Below, in pieces: positions 57,518 to 64,000 of a stretch of DNA of 64,000 bases (position 1 is its first letter; every line of letters begins with the position of its first letter). Origin of the DNA: Bacilli bacterium (GTDB taxonomy: Bacteria; Bacillota_I; Bacilli_A; RFN20; CAG-826); assembly GCA_045117995.1 (NCBI GenBank), contig JBGUOH010000009.1:64276-128275 (forward strand), read 5' to 3'. The position numbers and the translations under genes were made by a program. Under the pieces are notes generated by a model. The model had not been told where the DNA came from and did no database searches. It worked only from the letters and a program-made list of their open reading frames with translations.

Positions 57518-60067
57518 CTAGATCACAAAGTGATGTTTTCCTGGTTCTAATTGTTCTAACTTATCTTTGTAGATAAATGACGCTGTGACATTAGCTGGTA
57601 CTTGGATTTCAAAATTGACTTTGTCATTTTCTTTTTTCCAGCTAACAGCAATTTCACCATATAGGCTTTGGTAACTGCCTTTAGCGAAGTCGACACCTTC
57701 TCCAATGACTGGAGAGATTTCAAATCTGTTTTCGCCTTTAACCTTGATACCTAGCATTGATTTATATAGCCATTCCACCATCGCACCTTTACTGTAATGG
57801 TTTAAAGAAGCTATACCAGATTGAGCATTTGGTCCTTCCCAACCTTCCCAAATGGTGCCTGTGTTTTCTTTAGCCATATATAGCCAACCAGGCATCTTTT
57901 CATTTAATAAAAGTTTATAGGCATAATTTGGATCAATCTTTTCTAAGACATAGAGAATGAATGGAGTACTTAAGAAACCAGTACCTAATCTCCAATCATA
58001 GTTATCTAACGCTTTGATTAATCTATCTTTAGCAAACACTGTTTGTTCTTCATTTAATAAGTCTAAATAAAGCGGTCTTACTTGTTTGCACTGTCTATCT
58101 GTATCAATGGTGTGTCTTGGTTTAGTCACTAATTCTTGATAAGCACGTTTCACGCCATCTCTATATTCTTCAAATAAAGCGTTATTCTCTGTTCTATCAA
58201 TAAGATTAGAGATTTCCACCATTAAGGACATCATCCAATATGTATAGGCCATGCTTTCTTCTGGATGTGGCTCCGCAAAGTCGGTCCACACAAAGGCTTT
58301 GACATCAGCAGGTTCCGCCCATTCACCATAGGATTGACCATTATTAACGCCATATTTCTTATTTTCCTTGGATAAGTGCAATGGTTTAGCATATAAAGCA
58401 TATAAGCCTCTAGCACCACCACATCTTTTAATCATGAATTTGGCGTATCTCACCATATTGTCATAATTGTTTTTAAGGATATTCATATCACCATATTGTA
58501 AGTACATACGATATGGGATTAAGATGCCAGCATCCGCCCAACCGACAGAGCCATTCATGACGCCCATAAACCAATCTTCTGCGGAATATGGGGCAATTTG
58601 TGGTAATCGACCATTTTTATCTTGTCTATCATAGACATCTTTGATGTGCTTTCTAAAGAAAGCATGACAATCAAATAGGTAAGACGCTGTATCAAAGATG
58701 ATTTGGCTATCACCAGTCCAACCCATTCTTTCTCTTGTTGGACAATCAGTTGGAATATCTACGAAGTTGGAACGGCAGCTTCTCACCGTATTGTCGTAGA
58801 AGATATTGATTAATTCATTAGAGCATTCAAATGTCGAGACTCTATCCATCTCACTTGAAATAGCAAGTTGCTCGATTTCTAAGAGTTCCACTCCGTCGTT
58901 TTCTAATACTTCAGCGTATTTGAAACCACCATAGAAGAATTTGGATTCGTATTCATTGATGCCTTCTTTGCAAACGATCACCACTTCTTGAAGAGGAGTC
59001 TTTTTGCCTTTTCTGATACATTGAACATTCTTTAAAGAGACATCTTCGTTTTCATCAAGCATCTCACCTAAAACTAAATGGATTTTGCTTCCTGGTTGGC
59101 CTTTAAGTTTTAAAGCGATGTTACCCGCAACATTGTTTTCAAACTCATACACGTCTTTATCGTTTTTGGATTTAAATTGTTTTAGTGGTTTATTCCTAGA
59201 AATCACTACAACGTGTGAGTTGTTTGAGGAGGTGACTTCTTTATCATAGGAACCCACTCTAACTTTACCGTTAAATGATGGGACTTTATTGAAGTCTACG
59301 ATTTCACCATCTTTTAAATCGGCAAATGTAATTGGACCATCATTAGACCAAGACCAAGATTCGTCGGTTAATACTTTTTGATCTCCTAATTCTAGTTGGG
59401 CTAATACTTTTGTGTTTTTGCCAAAGACATAAGTAAAGCCTTTCGCACCAATGCTACCTCTATACCAGCCATCCGCTAAAAGGATGACTAGTTCGTTTTT
59501 GCCTTCTTTTAATAAAGAAGAAACTTCATATGTATCATATTGGACTCTTTTACGAGGATCGGTGCTGCCGGGAGCCAATAAGGCGTTACCGACTTTAACG
59601 CCATTAATGTATGCTTCATAAATGCCTAAAACACTGATATATAAGAATGACTGTTTGATTACTTTGACTTCAAATTCTTTTTTGAAATAGTCGACTGGAT
59701 ATCTTTGTTTCTTTGAAACATTATAGTCTCCATAAATCCATTTGGCAGACCAATCACTTTTATTTAATAAACCAATCGAGAAATGATTTTCTTCACTAAA
59801 ATCTGACCAATCGCCTTTTTCGTTTTGCACTCTTACTCTGTAAACTACATAGTCACGACTGTTAAGAGATTGCTCAAAGTCATAATGAGCAGAAGATGTT
59901 TCTTTTCTAATGCACTCTTCTTCATCGTTATTTAATTTATAAACGATTTCAAAAGCTTTTTGTTGTTTGATATCTTGCTCAACGACATTCCAAGTAATGC
60001 GTGGATTAACAATATCCAAGCCTAATGGATTTTGGAGATATTCTGTTTTGACATTAACTAGTTTCAT
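57518..60067 (-). CDS. Alpha-L-rhamnosidase, glycoside hydrolase family 78
   Basis: 849 aa. GH78 N-terminal beta-sandwich (NPRITW...), catalytic (alpha/alpha)6 domain and C-terminal domain. Cytoplasmic, no signal peptide. Confidence 0.88.
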   Translation of the reverse strand: MKLVNVKTEYLQNPLGLDIVNPRITWNVVEQDIKQQKAFEIVYKLNNDEEECIRKETSSAHYDFEQSLNSRDYVVYRVRVQNEKGDWSDFSEENHFSIGLLNKSDWSAKWIYGDYNVSKKQRYPVDYFKKEFEVKVIKQSFLYISVLGIYEAYINGVKVGNALLAPGSTDPRKRVQYDTYEVSSLLKEGKNELVILLADGWYRGSIGAKGFTYVFGKNTKVLAQLELGDQKVLTDESWSWSNDGPITFADLKDGEIVDFNKVPSFNGKVRVGSYDKEVTSSNNSHVVVISRNKPLKQFKSKNDKDVYEFENNVAGNIALKLKGQPGSKIHLVLGEMLDENEDVSLKNVQCIRKGKKTPLQEVVIVCKEGINEYESKFFYGGFKYAEVLENDGVELLEIEQLAISSEMDRVSTFECSNELINIFYDNTVRSCRSNFVDIPTDCPTRERMGWTGDSQIIFDTASYLFDCHAFFRKHIKDVYDRQDKNGRLPQIAPYSAEDWFMGVMNGSVGWADAGILIPYRMYLQYGDMNILKNNYDNMVRYAKFMIKRCGGARGLYALYAKPLHLSKENKKYGVNNGQSYGEWAEPADVKAFVWTDFAEPHPEESMAYTYWMMSLMVEISNLIDRTENNALFEEYRDGVKRAYQELVTKPRHTIDTDRQCKQVRPLYLDLLNEEQTVFAKDRLIKALDNYDWRLGTGFLSTPFILYVLEKIDPNYAYKLLLNEKMPGWLYMAKENTGTIWEGWEGPNAQSGIASLNHYSKGAMVEWLYKSMLGIKVKGENRFEISPVIGEGVDFAKGSYQSLYGEIAVSWKKENDKVNFEIQVPANVTASFIYKDKLEQLEPGKHHFVI

Positions 60068-60080
60068 GACAATACCTCCA

Positions 60081-62039
60081 CTATTGAGCTCTTAATTCTT
60101 TTTGCATCTTTTCATAGAAGAGTTGGCCTTTAACTTGTTCTTTTTGCCATTGTTCTTCTTCTTTTTCTGCTTTCTTAGCTAATTTAGCTTCCCTAGCCGC
60201 TAATTGTTCAGGAGTCATCTTGTCAAGCTTAGCTTGAAGTTTAGCTTCATCTTTTGCTTTTTTAGCAGCTTCTTTTTCAGCGTTCTTTTGCATAGCATTT
60301 TCTTTCTTAATACGAGCGGCTTCGACTTTGTCATCGTATTTCTTTAATTCAGCATCAAAATCAAGTTTTGCATTCTTTTCACATTTAACTTTTAATTCTT
60401 CGATGAAAATGTTTCTTGCCTCTTCGATCATTTGTTTTTCTTCAAGTTCGGCTTTGACTTCTGGTTCAATCCAAACTTCGCCACGTGCTTCGCAAGCGGC
60501 TTTTAGTCTTTCACGGATGATTACTTGTTTTCTGGTAATGGTCTTTTCAACCACTAAGAAGATGAGCATACCAACAACTAATAATGAAGAGATGACCTCT
60601 AAACCAACGAAAGCGAAGGTGAATAATGTATTAACATTACCATTTTGAATAAATGCGACGGAGTCTTTGGCACCAAGTTCCGCAATCTTATCAGCGGATA
60701 ATTGTGTTGTTTGTCCAGCATATTTGGCAGCATTTTCTAAGTACTCTGCTTTAGTCACTGGCGCAACATAGTTAGCGATGCCTAAGAAAGCATTAAACAC
60801 AGCAGTGGCAATACCAACAATTGTGACGGCAATGATGTTATAAATTGACATTGGAACACCATCAACACGGACACCACTCTTCCATTCAACATGGTCTAAT
60901 GTATCAGCGAATAAGGCCATAAAGATATATGATCCTGGAAGACCACCACAGTTTTTAATGAATTGTCCAATTAAGAAGACGACCATATTAGTTGGGAACA
61001 TCCAACATATCGCACTGCCTAAAGCAATTAAGCAGCAGCCAACAACGGTAACATTCTTTTTACCAAAGCGTTTTGCTAATGGCCAAACCGCAAAGATACC
61101 GATGCCCATTGGAATACCGCCAATCACAGAAACAAGCATTTGAGTAATACCATCATTATATGTACCTAAAACATAGTTACAGTAATACACGAGGCCAATA
61201 TTTTTTAAGGCTGTCGCAAATGTTGTGATAAAGAAATAACCATAAATAATAAGCATATATTTATCAGTAAAGATGATTTTTAATTGTTTAAAGAATGGAA
61301 CTTTCTTTTCTTCCTGTTCCGCTTGTTCTTCATAAACTCTTTCTTTGGTGAAATAGTATTCAAGAAGAGTAAGTGGAAGTGCAACAGCGGAAAGAATAGA
61401 CATCACTAAGATCCACATTTCCATATTGACACCGATAGCAGGCATAATAACCATTGGGAAAACAAGGGCCACTATGATACCAGACATCATGATTGCGGTG
61501 ATTTGATTAAAGACAGATAATTGGCCTCTTTGTAAGGTGTTTCTTGTAGATAATGGAACCATCAAACCATGGGACATGTTATAAATGGTAAATGCAAATG
61601 AATAGAATAAATTGTAAGAAGCAATGATCCAGATAAGTTTAAATGTTTGCCCTAGTGGAGGAATAACAAAGAGCATAATGCCTGTAGCCGTTAACAAGAA
61701 AGCTGACAATAGTAACCAAGGTCTTGCTTTGCCTTGTTTGGTTCTTGTTCTATCTATGATATAGCCCATTACGACATTAGTAATGGCGTCTATTATCTTA
61801 GATAATAATGGGAAAATAACAAGGAACATACCACCCCAAACAGTGCTTAATCCCAAGACGTCTGTATAGAAAATATTAAGGTAAGTAGCTAAAACAGCAT
61901 TAAGCAATAATGCTCCAGCAGGACCGATTAAATAGCCAATCCACTTTTCCTTAGCTTCAACATTCTTAGAGCGAACTCTAGAATTGAAGATTCTTGCGTT
62001 TAATAACTTGAATGCCATATTACTTTTCCTCCTTAACAT
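60081..62039 (-). CDS. MFS transporter of the glycoside-pentoside-hexuronide (GPH):cation symporter family, with a ~150-aa charged Lys/Glu/Ala-rich C-terminal extension
   Basis: 652 aa. 12-TM GPH core (about aa 30-500). Then a low-complexity cytoplasmic tail, [10 protein letters not shown]...[44 protein letters not shown]... Confidence 0.75.
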   Translation of the reverse strand: MLRRKSNMAFKLLNARIFNSRVRSKNVEAKEKWIGYLIGPAGALLLNAVLATYLNIFYTDVLGLSTVWGGMFLVIFPLLSKIIDAITNVVMGYIIDRTRTKQGKARPWLLLSAFLLTATGIMLFVIPPLGQTFKLIWIIASYNLFYSFAFTIYNMSHGLMVPLSTRNTLQRGQLSVFNQITAIMMSGIIVALVFPMVIMPAIGVNMEMWILVMSILSAVALPLTLLEYYFTKERVYEEQAEQEEKKVPFFKQLKIIFTDKYMLIIYGYFFITTFATALKNIGLVYYCNYVLGTYNDGITQMLVSVIGGIPMGIGIFAVWPLAKRFGKKNVTVVGCCLIALGSAICWMFPTNMVVFLIGQFIKNCGGLPGSYIFMALFADTLDHVEWKSGVRVDGVPMSIYNIIAVTIVGIATAVFNAFLGIANYVAPVTKAEYLENAAKYAGQTTQLSADKIAELGAKDSVAFIQNGNVNTLFTFAFVGLEVISSLLVVGMLIFLVVEKTITRKQVIIRERLKAACEARGEVWIEPEVKAELEEKQMIEEARNIFIEELKVKCEKNAKLDFDAELKKYDDKVEAARIKKENAMQKNAEKEAAKKAKDEAKLQAKLDKMTPEQLAAREAKLAKKAEKEEEQWQKEQVKGQLFYEKMQKELRAQ

Positions 62040-64000
62040 TTATTGGTAAAGCTGGCGCTTTTATTTTTTTTAAGAAACATCCAATTCCTTTGAATAGATG
62101 TCCATTTGATAATTCTTTGAATCCTTGAGCGAAGTTATAAGGGAACGCTCCGCTTGATGACATTGATAATGAGATAATCGAATTGCTATCAAGGATGATT
62201 TCTAGGAATTTTGCTCCTTTGATTCTATTTTGCTTTTCGGTGCCCTCAGGCATTTTCTTAGCTTTCTTTAATTCTTTTTTAGGCACTCCTTGAAGAGCGT
62301 TATATAAGATTCGACCCATGAATGTTTGTTTTAAATCTGAGAGTCTTGATTCAAGGGTGATAGGTTTGCTTGGTGGTAATGGAATAATCTTGTTACCTGT
62401 TACTTCTTCATATTCCTCGTCTTTGTAATTAGAGAAAGCGAGAGTTTCATAGAATACGTGTGTTTGTTTTGAGAGTTTTTCGCCTTTAATGACAATCTTT
62501 TCTTGAAGGACTATATCTTTTGAGTTCTTACCAATTTGGACACTATATTGTCCATCTTCTAGTACGAATCTATGTTCATTAATGTCCCAATACTTAAGAT
62601 CTTCTTTATTCACAATAATCTCGACAGTTTTTGTTTCTTTTGGTTCAAGGCTTACTTTAGTAAAGCCCTTTAATTCCCTAAGAGGTTTATGGGCGTTATT
62701 ATTTGGAGCGGAAACATAAAGTTGAACAGTTTCCATACCAGTGACATCACCAGTATTAGTGATATCAACTTTTACTAATAAGCTATCTCCTTTTTGTTCA
62801 ATCATTAGATTGCTATATTCAAAGGTTGTATAACTTAAACCAAAACCAAATGGGAACCTTGCTTCTTTGTTTGCGGTTAGATAATATCTATAACCAACAT
62901 AGATTGATTCTTTATAAACATCTTGCGCTTTAATTGAATACTCATTTCCAAATGGCACATCTTCATAACTAATTGGCCATGTTTCAGCAAGCTTGCCACT
63001 TGGATTAACTTTTCCGAACAGTAATTCATATGTTGCTTCACCACTATTTTGGCCAGAAAGGAACATATGAAGCATAGCTTCAGCATAATCAAAGAATGGT
63101 AATTCCACGACCGAGCCACCGAATAACACAATGACCAACTTTTTGTTTTCTTTAATAAAAGCGTCGATTAAATCCAATTGGCTTTGTGGAAGCTTGATAT
63201 TGTTTCTGTCCACACCTTCGCACTCATACCAATCGGTTAAGCCAATGAAAAGAACGACTTTTTCATAATCTTTAGAAGCCTCGACTGCTTCTTTGATTAA
63301 AGATTCATCAGCATCAAGGTCATCAACCTTATATCCTTTTAAATATTTATATTGAATATTATTCTTATCAAAAGCGTCTTTGCTTGATGAATAGAACTGT
63401 GGATTAATCATTGAAGAGCCCGCGCCTTGATAACGGGCCTTTTCAAAGAGTTCACCAACCACTAATAATTGTTCGCTTTCTTTTAGTGGAAGAGAACCAT
63501 TGTTCTTTAAAAGAACAGCGCCTTCTAGAGCAATCTTTTTGGCTAATTCATGATGTGCTTTCCAATCCACATCACCAGCATGGACATTATCTTTATGCTT
63601 ATAAACTAATGTGAGGACGTTTTTGACTGCTTCATCTAAATCTTTAACATCTAAAGTTCCATCATTGACGGCATCAACGATCCATTTACGGCATATATCA
63701 TTATCACCAGGCATCTCTAAATCTAAACCTGATTTAATGCCTTTAATGCGGTCATGGGTTGTGCCCCAGTCAGACATCACTAAACCTTTAAAGCCCCACT
63801 CTTTGCGGAGTACTTCATTTAATAACCATTCATTTTCACTACAGTGTGTACCATTGATTTTGTTATAGGCACACATTAAAGTTTCTGGCTTGGCTTCTTT
63901 TACAATATATTCAAATTGTCTTAAATAGATTTCTCTAAGTGCTCTTTCGTCAATAACGGAATCACCCATAAAACGGTAGTTCTCAGAATTGTTACCCGCG
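62020..64000 (-). CDS. Glycoside hydrolase family 3 (beta-glucosidase/beta-xylosidase-like), 5'-partial: the N-terminus lies beyond the window end
   Basis: The reading frame is open to the window edge. GH3 motifs GLVMSDWG and the C-terminal alpha/beta sandwich plus FnIII-like domain are present. It overlaps the MFS gene by 20 nt. Confidence 0.8.
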   Translation of the reverse strand, partial: AGNNSENYRFMGDSVIDERALREIYLRQFEYIVKEAKPETLMCAYNKINGTHCSENEWLLNEVLRKEWGFKGLVMSDWGTTHDRIKGIKSGLDLEMPGDNDICRKWIVDAVNDGTLDVKDLDEAVKNVLTLVYKHKDNVHAGDVDWKAHHELAKKIALEGAVLLKNNGSLPLKESEQLLVVGELFEKARYQGAGSSMINPQFYSSSKDAFDKNNIQYKYLKGYKVDDLDADESLIKEAVEASKDYEKVVLFIGLTDWYECEGVDRNNIKLPQSQLDLIDAFIKENKKLVIVLFGGSVVELPFFDYAEAMLHMFLSGQNSGEATYELLFGKVNPSGKLAETWPISYEDVPFGNEYSIKAQDVYKESIYVGYRYYLTANKEARFPFGFGLSYTTFEYSNLMIEQKGDSLLVKVDITNTGDVTGMETVQLYVSAPNNNAHKPLRELKGFTKVSLEPKETKTVEIIVNKEDLKYWDINEHRFVLEDGQYSVQIGKNSKDIVLQEKIVIKGEKLSKQTHVFYETLAFSNYKDEEYEEVTGNKIIPLPPSKPITLESRLSDLKQTFMGRILYNALQGVPKKELKKAKKMPEGTEKQNRIKGAKFLEIILDSNSIISLSMSSSGAFPYNFAQGFKELSNGHLFKGIGCFLKKIKAPALPINVKEEK

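Noticed and set aside
1-64000. Alternative genetic code (UGA=Trp) as in Mycoplasma/Spiroplasma
   Set aside because: Many long ORFs (RNase Y, MnmG, GH78 and others) are intact under the standard code. Trp positions are encoded by TGG. This fits Acholeplasma or Erysipelotrichia rather than Mycoplasma.
1-64000. CRISPR arrays, prophage or IS elements
   Set aside because: No regularly spaced direct repeats, integrase, transposase, terminase or capsid genes were recognised. The only repeats are the intragenic repeats of the secreted protein, a 15-nt repeat in the ABC-2 permease, and the 31-nt motif pair around the Fic gene.

Overview
This is a 64-kb chromosomal segment from a low-GC Firmicute, probably Erysipelotrichia or Acholeplasma-like. 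AT is about 65%. UGA is not read as Trp, because long ORFs stay intact under the standard code. Almost every gene is on the minus strand.

The first 35 kb is housekeeping and largely syntenic with Bacillus subtilis: ychF; two tandem MacB-like fused ABC ATPase-FtsX permease genes; fhs; miaA; a YmcA/RicA-like gene; miaB; ymdB; rny; recA; cinA C-terminal domain; pgsA; a type-B RNase P RNA (rnpB) next to gpsB; a DEDDh exonuclease; recU; nth; dnaD; a minimal CCA/poly(A)-polymerase-family gene; hup; der; cmk; a 59-aa ferredoxin not in the ORF track; an FMN riboswitch controlling an ECF riboflavin S-component (ribU); rsmG; mnmG; and a sufCDSUB operon.

The remainder is more accessory: two tandem large lipoproteins (the first with a parvulin-type PPIase domain); HIT; yhaM; a recX-like gene; a GT4 glycosyltransferase with an MprF-like flippase-domain protein; an ABC-2 exporter; a tRNA Val-Thr-Leu cluster; a 789-aa secreted protein with three tandem ~95-aa repeats; a PNPOx-like protein; a Zn-ribbon plus lipase-class-3 lipoprotein pair; a LytS-like histidine kinase with a YcbB-type response regulator next to an FtsX-type ABC transporter that has a long structured leader; a Fic-like protein with a degenerate active-site motif (Gln in place of the catalytic His) flanked by 31-nt direct repeats; and a rhamnoglycoside-utilisation operon (GH3, GPH transporter with a charged tail, GH78 rhamnosidase, rhaD, rhaB, rhaA, esterase).

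No CRISPR array, integrase or transposase was recognised.
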